Positions 10,673 to 19,931 are shown, counted from the first letter of the stretch. The stretch: DNA of 31,005 nt from Acidobacteriota bacterium (GCA_027295745.1 JAPUKI010000389.1:1-31005); one strand, 5' to 3'. The notes: generated from the letters alone by a model not told the origin. A program made the numbers and translations.

Positions 10673-12952
10673 TTAGAGCAAGTTAATGGGGTCAATATCA
10701 ATGGAGGGCTTCTTCCAAGTCACCCCCTTTTGGTTGAGCTCGTCCAGGGCAGACTCCAACACTTCATGAAGTTCCTTCCGACTGGTGCTCTTGATCAAGA
10801 TCTGAAAGCGGTAGTCGCCTTTCAGTTTCTCGATGGGTGCCTGGGCAGGTCCCAAAACCCGCATTCGCCTCTGTGCTGAAAGGCGGCTCCGGTGATGAAG
10901 TAACAAATCCGCTACCTGCTTTGCCTGGAGTTGGGTTTTCTTCTGTGGCCTCCCCTGTATCATGATATTGGCCAGCGCTGTAAAGGGGGGATAGTGAAAA
11001 TTCCGGCGAAAACGAATCTCCTCCTCAAAGAAGAGCCGGTAATCCTGGGAACGAGCGTGTTTCAGACTGTAATGATTGGGGAAGTAGGTCTGGATAATCA
11101 CTTCCCCGGGATGTTCTCCCCTTCCTGCCCGCCCGGCAACCTGGGTCAGAAGCTGAAAGGTTCTTTCGGCAGCGCGAAAGTCCGCCATCCGGAGAGCCTG
11201 CTCGGCACTTAAGACTCCCACCAGAGTGACCCGTGGAAAATCGTGCCCCTTGGCGATCATTTGCGTCCCGATCAAGATGTCTGTGTGACCCGAGGCGAAA
11301 GCTCCCAGAATCTTCTCGGAACTTCCCTTCCTCTGAACCGTGTCTCGGTCCAGACGGTCTATCGCCGCCTCGGGAAAGAGCTCTTTCAGAATGACCTGGA
11401 CCTTTTCAGTGCCGTGACCCAGGAAGTGGATGTACTCCCTTCCGCACTCCCCACATCGCTTGGGAACAGCCTTCACATACCCGCAATAATGACAAAGCAG
11501 ACGGTTTGAGCCCTGGTGATAAGTGAGGCTGAGGCTGCAGTTCTCACACATTTCTGTGCTTCCACAGCTTCGACACAGCAGGGCTGATGCGTATCCTCGC
11601 CGATTTAACAAGACCAGAACCTGCTCCCTCCGGCTCAACCTCGGAACAATGGCTTCTCTCAGGGCTTGCGAGATAACGGTGGCTTTGCCCAGCCTTTGAA
11701 ACTCCTCTCTCATGTCGACAAGATGTACCTTGGGCAGAGGACGTTTCAGGATCCGTGAGCTGAGGATCTCATACTCGAGACTTCCACCATGCACTGCGTG
11801 GTAGAACGTTTCCAATTGAGGGGTTGCACTACCGAGAATAACCAGCGTCTTTTCAATTTCTCCGCGTTTGAGTGCAACGTCACGAGCATGGTAGCGAGGC
11901 AATTCATCTTGCTTGTAGGAGCTGTCCTGCTCTTCATCGACGACGATGATCCCCAAGTCGGGGAGTGGAGCAAAAACGGCCGAACGAGTTCCCACTACCA
12001 CACGGGCTTGACCCTCCCGGATTCGCCGCCATTGATCGAATCGCTCCCCGTCAGATAAGGCGCTGTGCAGAATCGCGACTTCCTTCCCGAACCAAGCTCT
12101 AAAGTAATGGGAAATTTGAGGAGTCAAGCCGATCTCAGGAACCAAGACCAGCGCTGAGCGTCCTCGAGCCAGGGCAGTGGCGATTGCGTTCAGGTAGATC
12201 TCTGTCTTCCCGCTTCCGGTAACGCCATGGATCAAGAGGCTGCGAAACTGGTCAGCCGCGAGATGCTGCTCAATCTTTTTCAAGATTCGATTCTGGTCTG
12301 AGTTCAGTGAATGTTTCGTAACTTGCGGGGAGGTCTCGGACTGAGACCAGGGCGAGCGATACGTCTCAACCGCCTCAGTACGAATGACACCCCGAGAGGT
12401 CAGGCCGTAAAGCACTGACTGACTGCAGCCCACCTCACGCAGGAACGGCTGCACCAGGACGGGAAGTGTCCGCTTCCGCAGCAGCTCTAGAACCTCCCTC
12501 TGTCTCTCTGTCAGCTTCGCAACAGCGGAAGTGATTTCCACCACGGCCAACCGTCGCTGAGCGGGCCAAACTTTCTGCAGTCGTCCATCCTGATCCAGCG
12601 TGACCTTTCTGGCTAAAAGCCCGGGTGGCAACATCACTCGCAACGCCTCCCCGGGCGGAGCAAGATAATAGGAAGCTATCCATAGGCCGAGTTTGAGAAG
12701 TGCAGGAGAGAGGAGAGGTTCCCGGTCCAGAATCTGGCGAACTGGCTTGACTTTTCCCGGCCGAGCAAGGTGATGCACCTTGGTGGCCAGACCGATCAGG
12801 TAGCGGGCACCGAAGGGCACAAGGACCCGACACCCTGGAGCAAGCCCGTTTCTGATGGACTCCGGAACAGAGTAGGTAAAGGTCTGGAAAAGAGGGAAAG
12901 GCACCGCAACATCGGCGAAGACAGCTGGGAGGTTTCGAGTATTAGCCCGCAC
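10673..12952 (-). CDS. priA: Primosomal protein N' (replication restart helicase)
   Basis: HGVTGSGKTE, DEEQ, LLNRRGY, eight-Cys zinc module, GTQMIAKG, QVAGRAGR. The GTG start lies inside the left terminal repeat of the 12945-13418 element. Confidence 0.96.
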   Translation of the reverse strand: MRANTRNLPAVFADVAVPFPLFQTFTYSVPESIRNGLAPGCRVLVPFGARYLIGLATKVHHLARPGKVKPVRQILDREPLLSPALLKLGLWIASYYLAPPGEALRVMLPPGLLARKVTLDQDGRLQKVWPAQRRLAVVEITSAVAKLTERQREVLELLRKRTLPVLVQPFLREVGCSQSVLYGLTSRGVIRTEAVETYRSPWSQSETSPQVTKHSLNSDQNRILKKIEQHLAADQFRSLLIHGVTGSGKTEIYLNAIATALARGRSALVLVPEIGLTPQISHYFRAWFGKEVAILHSALSDGERFDQWRRIREGQARVVVGTRSAVFAPLPDLGIIVVDEEQDSSYKQDELPRYHARDVALKRGEIEKTLVILGSATPQLETFYHAVHGGSLEYEILSSRILKRPLPKVHLVDMREEFQRLGKATVISQALREAIVPRLSRREQVLVLLNRRGYASALLCRSCGSTEMCENCSLSLTYHQGSNRLLCHYCGYVKAVPKRCGECGREYIHFLGHGTEKVQVILKELFPEAAIDRLDRDTVQRKGSSEKILGAFASGHTDILIGTQMIAKGHDFPRVTLVGVLSAEQALRMADFRAAERTFQLLTQVAGRAGRGEHPGEVIIQTYFPNHYSLKHARSQDYRLFFEEEIRFRRNFHYPPFTALANIMIQGRPQKKTQLQAKQVADLLLHHRSRLSAQRRMRVLGPAQAPIEKLKGDYRFQILIKSTSRKELHEVLESALDELNQKGVTWKKPSIDIDPINLL

Positions 12953-13418
12953 TTCTCACACCCCCTCTACTGCAGCGGCGCAATGATCCGACCTGACTGC
13001 GTTCCACTCGGTCGGCCTCCTTAGTGCCTCGCTTCATAGATATGATGGTGTTTGTGGCGAGCGCGACGGCATCGAGTTCGCGAAGCGACGACGACGAGAT
13101 GTCTGTGTGCATCGCGGAGAAGGAGGGACAAAGAAATCGATGCCGTCCCGCCGCCACCCGTTGGGCTGATGGGGGTTGCGGGCGACCTCTGTGTCGCTCG
13201 TCGTCGCCGATGTCCCTGCATCGCCTTCTCCTTGCTCCTTGATCTCGCCTCGCAAGACCCATCAGCAAACGTCACCATATCTATGAAACGAGGCACTTCC
13301 GTACTCAAGAGTACGTTTGCGGGGGCCTGGGGCACCCGCTTGCGGGTCACGCGTGGCGCAACGCACTCAGATCGGCCCTTCCGCCGCTTCGTGACGACCT
13401 GGTGTGAGAAATGCGGGC
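12945..13418. mobile_element. Non-autonomous fold-back element (MITE-like), 474 bp, with 18-bp TIRs and flanking TA dinucleotides
   Basis: GCCCGCACTTCTCACACC (12945-12962) versus GGTGTGAGAAATGCGGGC (13401-13418): 17/18 complementary. TA at 12943-12944 and 13419-13420. No recognisable coding capacity. Confidence 0.7.
13023..13297. repeat. Inner 275-bp unit with 32-bp imperfect inverted repeats and two internal stems
   Basis: 13023-13054 versus 13266-13297: 28/32 complementary. Internal stems 13065-13075/13137-13147 (11/11) and 13165-13173/13258-13266 (9/9). Confidence 0.8.
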
Positions 13419-13424
13419 TAGATT

Positions 13425-14060
13425 TCAAGTTCCAAGTTCTTTTAAGCGGGCTTGAACGGCTTTCATATCCTCCCACACCGGGCGCTTGGCCGAAGGGTTG
13501 CGAAGCAGATAGGAAGGGTGAAAGGTGGGGATGAGGAGACTCTTTTGAAATTGAAAGAACTCTCCCCGAATCTTGGAAATGGGAGCATTCGTTTGCAGCA
13601 GAATTTGAGCTGCATACCTGCCTAAAGCCACAATGATTTTCGGTTGAACAGCTTCGATCTGTTTGAACAAAAAGCCTTCACAAGTATCCACTTCATCCGG
13701 CTCCGGATTGCGGTTGTTGGGAGGACGGCATTTTAAGATGTTGGCGATGTACACCTGTTCTCTCTTGAGTCCCATGGCTTCGATGATCTTGGTCAAAAGC
13801 CGGCCGGCCCGTCCCACAAAAGGTATCCCCTGAGCATCTTCGTCCGCCCCAGGCGCCTCCCCCACAAACATCAGATCAGCCTCCCGATTCCCTACCCCAA
13901 ACACAATATGCGTGCGGCTTTTCCACAGTTTGCAGCGCCGGCAGTCCCCCAACTCCTGGCGGATTTCCTCAAGTGACTGGGGAGCTTCCTCGGCTGGCAC
14001 CCGCAGGTGAGTCACACCGAGATCCGAAAAAAACTTGAGTTGCTCAACAACCTCGCGCAT
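13425..14060 (-). CDS. Uracil-DNA glycosylase, family 4 (4Fe-4S type)
   Basis: CRRCKL, VGEAPGADED (motif A), PFVGRAG, KCRPPNNR, FHPSYLLR (motif B). Confidence 0.93.
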   Translation of the reverse strand: MREVVEQLKFFSDLGVTHLRVPAEEAPQSLEEIRQELGDCRRCKLWKSRTHIVFGVGNREADLMFVGEAPGADEDAQGIPFVGRAGRLLTKIIEAMGLKREQVYIANILKCRPPNNRNPEPDEVDTCEGFLFKQIEAVQPKIIVALGRYAAQILLQTNAPISKIRGEFFQFQKSLLIPTFHPSYLLRNPSAKRPVWEDMKAVQARLKELGT

Positions 14061-14072
14061 GGGTCGGAAGAA

Positions 14073-14215
14073 AGGAGGTAGGAGTCAGGAGGTAGGAGTA
14101 AGAATCCAGCACTTAAGAAGCTTGACACCTCTTGACATCCTGACTCATAACTCCTAACTCCTATTCTCCTGACTCCTGCTTCCTATCTCCTCACTCCTGT
14201 ATCCTATCTCCTTCT
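14073..14215. repeat. Heptamer tandem-repeat locus C (era-udg junction, overlapping the era 3' end)
   Basis: AGGAGKH x4 at 14073-14100 faces about 11 TCCTnnn-type units at 14138-14215. 14080-14091 is the exact reverse complement of 14166-14177. Confidence 0.9.
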
Positions 14216-15119
14216 GAGTATAGAGCCGTGACCTGACACCCAGTTCGTCCAAGAGATGCTCCTGATCTCTCCAGCCTGAGATGACCCTGACGTTCAAGTC
14301 AAGGTAGACCTTGGGAACACCGAGAAACGTCTGAAGGTCAAGCCGTGCTTCGGTTCCAATCGTTTTGATCATGTGTCCCGCGCGCCCGATTACGATTTTC
14401 TTGTGGTTGTCCTTATCCACGATGATGGAGGCTGTAATCCGCACGAATCCTTTCTTCCTTTTACTGTCATCAAACTCCTCCACCAGGACAGCCGTCGAGT
14501 AGGGGAGCTCTTGCCGACTGTGGTGAAGAACTTTTTCCCGAACGATTTCCGAGACAATGAACAGCTCTGGTTGATCGGTGATGTACTCAGCGGGGTAAAA
14601 CCACTCCCCGGTTGGAAGATACTCTAAGATCTTCTCCTCTAGCACTTCCACATTGTCCCCCTGGGTGGCTGAAATGGGGATGATCTCTCCATACTCAAAC
14701 TGCTGACTGTAAAAGTCCATCATGGGAAGAACTTTGCCCTTGCTGATCAGGTCCATTTTATTGAAGACCAGGATGGTCGGCTTCCGGATCTTCTGGACCA
14801 AGCTCAGGACATATTCTTCTCCTTTGCCGTACCTCTGAGAGACATCTACGACCTGAATCAGGAGATCAACCCCTCTGATCGAGTCGTAGACCTCTTCCAT
14901 CATCCGTTTATTCAACAGGTGACCAGGACGGTGAATTCCAGGAGTATCGACGAAGATCATCTGGCTGTCTTCGCCGGTTCGAACCCCAAGAATACGATTG
15001 CGCGTAGTTTGAGGCTTATCACTGACGATAGCAATTTTCTCTCCGACGAGCCGATTCAGAATGGTGGATTTGCCGACGTTGGGACGGCCCATGAGGGCAA
15101 TGAAACCTGATCTGGGCAT
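14154..15119 (-). CDS. era: GTPase Era
   Basis: GRPNVGKS, QTTR, DTPG, NKMD, EIVREK, ELPYS and KH-domain IGRAGHMIK. The C-terminal 20 residues are encoded by heptamer repeats. Confidence 0.96.
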   Translation of the reverse strand: MPRSGFIALMGRPNVGKSTILNRLVGEKIAIVSDKPQTTRNRILGVRTGEDSQMIFVDTPGIHRPGHLLNKRMMEEVYDSIRGVDLLIQVVDVSQRYGKGEEYVLSLVQKIRKPTILVFNKMDLISKGKVLPMMDFYSQQFEYGEIIPISATQGDNVEVLEEKILEYLPTGEWFYPAEYITDQPELFIVSEIVREKVLHHSRQELPYSTAVLVEEFDDSKRKKGFVRITASIIVDKDNHKKIVIGRAGHMIKTIGTEARLDLQTFLGVPKVYLDLNVRVISGWRDQEHLLDELGVRSRLYTQKEIGYRSEEIGSRSQENRS

Positions 15120-15128
15120 GGCGAAAAA

Positions 15129-15226
15129 CCTGACACCTGACAGCTGACACCTGACACCTGACAGGTTCTCTCTTTCTCTCTACGAACGAAGCGCGTTCTT
15201 CTGGATTCTGGATTCTAGATTCTGAA
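15129..15226. repeat. Heptamer tandem-repeat locus D (coaBC-era junction)
   Basis: SCTGACA x5 at 15129-15163; TTCTGGA/TTCTGGA/TTCTAGA/TTCTGAA at 15199-15226, inside the coaBC 3' end. Confidence 0.9.
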
Positions 15227-16385
15227 TTCGGTCCCAGAGTATGCCGGCGATATCGGTTTTGGGAAGTCGAGGAAGTTCTTCTTCCTTCCCCTCGCAATCG
15301 ATCAGGATCACCTGGTTGGAATCTGATTGAAAACCTTGATCATCTCGAGAGATATCGTTTCCGACAATCAGGTCCAAACCCTTCTCTTTCAGTTTCTTGC
15401 GGGCCTTTTCACGCACTGGGCCTGACTCTGCGGCAAATCCAACCAAAAATTGCCACTCCTTTCGCTGACCCAGCTCCTTCAGGATATCCACTGTCTTTTC
15501 CAGCTGGATGACCGGCTCCACATCCTCTTTTTTCAGCTTCTCAGAAAAGACGCTTGCCGGCGTGAAATCGGAGACCGCTGCTGCCATCACCACCACATCT
15601 GAATCGGGGAAGTGATGAAAGACGGCCTTGGCCATTTCTGAAGCGGACCGAACCCCGACCAGCTTCACCCCTTCTGGGGGTTCCAGGTGGGTGGGGCCCG
15701 AGATCAGCACGACTTGAGCACCTCGCAAATGAGCTTCATGGGCCAGGGCATAACCCATCTTTCCGGAGGAGCGATTAGAAATGAACCGCACCGGGTCCAG
15801 AGCCTCAATCGTGGGCCCTGCGGTAATGAGCACCCTCTTGTTCAGCAGAGATTTCTTCCGCGTGAAGGTGTTCAGCACCGCCTCCAAGATCCGTTCAGGT
15901 TCCGCCAAGCGTCCCTCGCCTTCTTCCCCACAGGCAAGATAACCGGAACCTGGCTCGACAATCACCGTTCCTCTCTGCTTCAGAGTCTTCAAATTCTCCT
16001 GCGTCGCAGGATGGTGCAACATCTCAACATTCATGGCAGGTGCGATGATGACGGGTGTCGTGGTTGAGAGGTAGAGCGTACTCAAGAAATCGTCAGCAAT
16101 ACCCTGAGCAAACTTGGCCAGGATATTGGCGGTAGCTGGAGCCACCACCAGCAAATCGCTCTGGCGGGCCAAGGCGATATGTTCGATCTGCACCGTGTGA
16201 TCGCTGAAAAGATCCGAAACCACCTTGTGACCGGACAGCTTCTCCAGGGTGAGCGGGGTAATAAACTGTTGGGCAGCCCGAGTCATGACGGGGAGGACCT
16301 CAAAACCTTCTCTTTGCAGAAGCCGGAGGAGGACGGCCGACTTATAGGCTCCTATGCAACCCGTCACTCCCAGAATGATTTTCAC
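15180..16385 (-). CDS. coaBC: Bifunctional phosphopantothenoylcysteine decarboxylase / phosphopantothenate-cysteine ligase
   Basis: LGVTGCIGAYK, APATAN, PAMN, LACGEEGEGRL, DPVRFISNRSSGKMG, AAVSDF and VGFAAE motifs. Confidence 0.97.
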   Translation of the reverse strand: MKIILGVTGCIGAYKSAVLLRLLQREGFEVLPVMTRAAQQFITPLTLEKLSGHKVVSDLFSDHTVQIEHIALARQSDLLVVAPATANILAKFAQGIADDFLSTLYLSTTTPVIIAPAMNVEMLHHPATQENLKTLKQRGTVIVEPGSGYLACGEEGEGRLAEPERILEAVLNTFTRKKSLLNKRVLITAGPTIEALDPVRFISNRSSGKMGYALAHEAHLRGAQVVLISGPTHLEPPEGVKLVGVRSASEMAKAVFHHFPDSDVVVMAAAVSDFTPASVFSEKLKKEDVEPVIQLEKTVDILKELGQRKEWQFLVGFAAESGPVREKARKKLKEKGLDLIVGNDISRDDQGFQSDSNQVILIDCEGKEEELPRLPKTDIAGILWDRIQNLESRIQKNALRS

Positions 16386-16606
16386 TCCTGGGTCTCTTCC
16401 TCCTCTTGGTCCTCTTTTTCTTTTTTCTCAAGAATCTTGAATGGAACGAGCTGCTGCTCCACCTCTCTGATGGCGATATAGGACGCCTTTCTTGACTTGA
16501 CCGACACTCTGGCAGGCGCTCCATTTTGAAGCTGTTTAGCCCGCTCAGCAGCCACAATGATAAACCTGAACTTACTGTCAAACTCGTCTGGAATTTTGAT
16601 AATCAT
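16382..16606 (-). CDS. rpoZ: RNA polymerase omega subunit
   Basis: SKFRFIIVAAERAKQLQNG motif; located between gmk and coaBC; coupled by 4-bp overlaps on both sides. Confidence 0.9.
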   Translation of the reverse strand: MIIKIPDEFDSKFRFIIVAAERAKQLQNGAPARVSVKSRKASYIAIREVEQQLVPFKILEKKEKEDQEEEETQE

Positions 16607-17226
16607 GAGTTTTCCGGAAAAGTCTTGAGGATTTCCTCGGCCAGTGCCTTTCGCCGCTCCATGCGATAGCCAGCAACCTGGATGATGGATTTCAACTCAA
16701 GCAACGATTCCTCTATCTCCTTATTGATGATGACGAACTGATAATTTGTGTAATATTCGATGACCTTTCTTGCAATCTTAAGCCTATCAGCAATAACACC
16801 TGGATCATCCAGACCGCGGTTCCTCAATCGCCTCTGGAGCGCCTCGAGTGAAGGGGGTAACACGAAAAGCAGAATAGCTGCAGGGTATCGTTCCTTGACC
16901 TGCGCGGCACCCTGAACGTCCAGATCCAATAATACATCATAACCGGCATCCAGCTTCGCGTCCACGAAATCCCGGCTCGTTCCATAGTCATTTCCGTAAA
17001 CATGGGCAAACTCCAGGAAAGCATCCTGTTCAACCATCTTCTGAAAATCGTCTTTCGACACAAAGAAATAGTCCACTCCTTCCCGTTCTCCCTCCCGTGG
17101 CTGCCGTGTGGTATGGCTCACAGAAAAAGTCATATCTGACATTTCTCTGAGAGCCCGTTTTGCCAAACTGGTCTTCCCACAGCCTGAGGGAGCGCTCATC
17201 ACAATGAGACTCCCTTTATTCGACAT
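16603..17226 (-). CDS. gmk: Guanylate kinase
   Basis: SAPSGCGKTS, SHTTRQPREGE, YFFV, YGNDYGT and LDLDVQG motifs. Start placed at ATG 17226. Confidence 0.96.
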   Translation of the reverse strand: MSNKGSLIVMSAPSGCGKTSLAKRALREMSDMTFSVSHTTRQPREGEREGVDYFFVSKDDFQKMVEQDAFLEFAHVYGNDYGTSRDFVDAKLDAGYDVLLDLDVQGAAQVKERYPAAILLFVLPPSLEALQRRLRNRGLDDPGVIADRLKIARKVIEYYTNYQFVIINKEIEESLLELKSIIQVAGYRMERRKALAEEILKTFPENS

Positions 17227-18088
17227 TTTGAACTTGTTCTCGAAGCTTTTCGATCTCCATCTTTCCTTCAACCCCAAAATCTGAGATGGTTTTCAGGGGG
17301 GACTTGGCGAGAATAGTGTTCATCTCCCGGCCCATCTCCTGACTCAGGAAGTCCAGTCGTCTACCCATTGCCTGATCCTCAGAGGCGCTCATGTCTTCCT
17401 GAAAGCGGGATATGTGACTGTTCAAACGTGTGATTTCCTCCGCAATGTCGGCCCGCTCAGCATAGTGGAGAATCTCCTGGGCCAAGCGGTGCTCATCCAC
17501 GTGTTTCTCCTGGGTGAGGCTCTGGATGCGCTGCCTCAGCTTCTTCCGATAATAGTCGGGAACCTGCTCTGCCTCCTCAGCGATTCCACGGGTCAGCTCC
17601 GCCAGGTGCTCCAGTCGATCTTGTAAATCCTTCTTGAGGGCGGCTCCTTCGCTGGTGCGAGCCTGTACCACATTCTCCAGGCCTTCCCGGACGACCTTCA
17701 CAGTGCTCTCCAGGATCCCATCAGCTGAGAGGTCCATCTGACGCGGTGCCACCACTCCTGGCAGTTGCAAAATCGCAGACACATCAAGTGCGCCTTTCGC
17801 GCCCAGGGACTGGACCTTCTTGGCGGCCGAGAGATAATTTTCCACAAGCGCCTCATTCAAGTCGTACTGGTGGTTGGACTTGAGATTGAGAGCAAGGTGG
17901 ATCTCCACCCGACCCCGACTGAGAAAGGATTGCACCTCCTTTCGCAGATCCGGCTCCAGAGAAGACAATTCCCTGGGAAGATGTAAATGCAGATCGAGGT
18001 AGCGGCTGTTCACTGTCTTAATCTCAACAGCCAGATCCATCTCCTGGCTAGAGTGATGGGCCTGTCCAAATCCTGTCATACTGCGCAT
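17216..18088 (-). CDS. yicC: YicC/YloC family endoribonuclease
   Basis: MRSMTGFG, TVNSRYLD, RGRVE, DIAEEITRL, GRRLDFLSQEMGRE and EKLREQVQNVE; AGGAG RBS upstream. Confidence 0.93.
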   Translation of the reverse strand: MRSMTGFGQAHHSSQEMDLAVEIKTVNSRYLDLHLHLPRELSSLEPDLRKEVQSFLSRGRVEIHLALNLKSNHQYDLNEALVENYLSAAKKVQSLGAKGALDVSAILQLPGVVAPRQMDLSADGILESTVKVVREGLENVVQARTSEGAALKKDLQDRLEHLAELTRGIAEEAEQVPDYYRKKLRQRIQSLTQEKHVDEHRLAQEILHYAERADIAEEITRLNSHISRFQEDMSASEDQAMGRRLDFLSQEMGREMNTILAKSPLKTISDFGVEGKMEIEKLREQVQNVE

Positions 18089-18111
18089 GGTTCTCCTACT
18101 TTCCTCTATTA

Positions 18112-19914
18112 CTACGATGATGAAACGAACTGAGTACCTTCAAACTGAACCTCATAAAGTTTCCGATACACTCCTGAACACTTTAACAAACTCTGATGAT
18201 CTCCCATCTCAACAACCTGACCTGCTTCAAGGACGATGATTCTGTGGGCCAGTCGAACCGTTGACAGGCGGTGAGCAATGACCAGGGTCGTACAATGCTG
18301 CATGAGGTGATGAAGGGCCTCCTGAACCAGACGTTCCGATTCGCTGTCCAGTGCCGAAGTCGCTTCGTCCAGGATCAGAATGGGGGCCTTTTTCAAAAGG
18401 GCGCGGGCGATGGCAATCCTCTGGCGCTGGCCACCGGAAACCCGCTTCCCCCGCTCTCCAATCACGGTCTCGTATCCCTGGGGAAGAGTGGTGATAAAAT
18501 CATGGATCAAGGCGGCCCGCGACGACTCAACGATCTCCTCCAGAGTGCAATCCTCTCTTCCGTAAGCAATATTTGACCTCACGGTATCGTTAAACAGAAA
18601 CGTGTCCTGAGTAACAATCGCAATCTGACCCCTCAGGGAGGCCAGGGTCACCTCACGAATGTCATTCCCATCGATGCTGATCAACCCCGAGGTCACATCG
18701 AAAAAGCGAGGTATCAGAGCAGCCAGACTGCTCTTTCCAGCGCCGCTGCTCCCCACCAAAGCCACAATCTCCCCCTTCTTGATTTCCAGGCTAATGCCCC
18801 GCAAAACGGCTTGTGAGCCGGAGCCCTGGTAGCTGAAGGAAACGTCTTCAAAGGCGAGTTTTTCCTGAAACAAAGGTAAGTTGCGTGCCCCTGGTGAATC
18901 CTGAATCTCAACATTCGTTTCCAACAGTTGGAAGATTCGATTGGAAGAGGCAAAGGCCTGCTGAAAATGCAAATGCATGCGCGAGAGTTTTCTGACGGGT
19001 TCATACAATCGGAAGAGAGCAGCCACGAAAACGACAAAGGCGCCAATCGTAAATCCCCGATTAATCTGATAGTCGGCGTAGAGAAAAAACGGGACAAAGG
19101 AAACATACCCGATGAATTCCACCAGGGGTGAACTCAGCGCACTGATGCGGGCAGCTTTGAGATTAGTGCCCACCAGCTGATCGGTTGATTTATCGAATCT
19201 TTTCCCTTCATACGCCTCCATGCCAAAGGCCTGAACAATCTGGTGACCGGAAATGGTCTCCTGAAGCACATGCGAGATCTCGGCGAGATTCTCCTGACTG
19301 CGCTGACTCACCGTTCGCATCTTCCGGCCCAGCTTGAGAGTGATCGATAGAACCAGCGGGGCAATCAAAAGAGACAACAGGGCCAGCCTCCAATCGATGT
19401 AGAAAACCAGACCCAGAAAAAACAACAGCAGCAGCACTTGCCGGGTCAAGTCTGTCAGCGTCTTACTCACTGTTTCCTGAAGTCGTTCGGTATCGGTAAC
19501 GACACGCGCCATCAATTTTCCGGTGGGATTTGCAGCATAGAAGGCCAGAGACTGACTCAATAGATGCCCATACAGCTGCTTCCTTAAAGCGGCTACCACC
19601 TGCTGACCGGAATAACTCATCGCGTATTCGGCACAGTACAGAAAGGTCCCCTTGAAGAGCGCAAAAGCCACCAGACAAGCGGCGATGCGTCCCAGACTGT
19701 CTGGACTCAGACCCAGGAGTTGTTGGAGAAAAGCAAACTTTGCATCCCCATCCACAACCACACCTGCCCCCTCCGACAATTGGTTAAAGATCGGTGCTAA
19801 AAGCATGATCAGGAACGTCTCAAGAGCACTACTGAGGACCAGAAGCACTACAGCTAAGGCCAGCAAGTGGGAATGGGAACGGATGTAGGGTAAAAGTTTG
19901 CGAAAATCCTTCAC
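18112..19914 (-). CDS. msbA: ABC exporter, MsbA-like (probable lipid A-core flippase)
   Basis: N-terminal TM domain; Walker A GSSGAGKS, signature VSGGQRQR, LILDEATSALD, AHRLST. The LPS context supports msbA, but the substrate is inferred. Confidence 0.8.
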   Translation of the reverse strand: MKDFRKLLPYIRSHSHLLALAVVLLVLSSALETFLIMLLAPIFNQLSEGAGVVVDGDAKFAFLQQLLGLSPDSLGRIAACLVAFALFKGTFLYCAEYAMSYSGQQVVAALRKQLYGHLLSQSLAFYAANPTGKLMARVVTDTERLQETVSKTLTDLTRQVLLLLFFLGLVFYIDWRLALLSLLIAPLVLSITLKLGRKMRTVSQRSQENLAEISHVLQETISGHQIVQAFGMEAYEGKRFDKSTDQLVGTNLKAARISALSSPLVEFIGYVSFVPFFLYADYQINRGFTIGAFVVFVAALFRLYEPVRKLSRMHLHFQQAFASSNRIFQLLETNVEIQDSPGARNLPLFQEKLAFEDVSFSYQGSGSQAVLRGISLEIKKGEIVALVGSSGAGKSSLAALIPRFFDVTSGLISIDGNDIREVTLASLRGQIAIVTQDTFLFNDTVRSNIAYGREDCTLEEIVESSRAALIHDFITTLPQGYETVIGERGKRVSGGQRQRIAIARALLKKAPILILDEATSALDSESERLVQEALHHLMQHCTTLVIAHRLSTVRLAHRIIVLEAGQVVEMGDHQSLLKCSGVYRKLYEVQFEGTQFVSSS

Positions 19915-19922
19915 TCGGGAGG

Positions 19923-19931
19923 ATTTTAGCA
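19923..19931 (-). promoter_or_regulatory. Extended -10 element (TGCTAAAAT) 8 nt upstream of the msbA GTG
   Basis: TG-n-TAAAAT matches the sigma70 extended -10 consensus; there is no SD between it and the start codon. Confidence 0.45.

Noticed and set aside
13021-13534. ORFs of 72-160 aa within the fold-back element as a possible transposase or cargo
   Set aside because: Arg-rich low-complexity translations with no DDE, HUH or HTH signature. The MPRFIDM sequence on both strands simply reflects the inverted repeat.
14122-14151. Two TTGACA hexamers 10 bp apart as an antisense promoter into era
   Set aside because: The best -10 candidate (CATAAC) is weak and falls inside the repeat array; TGACA is also part of the local repeat vocabulary.
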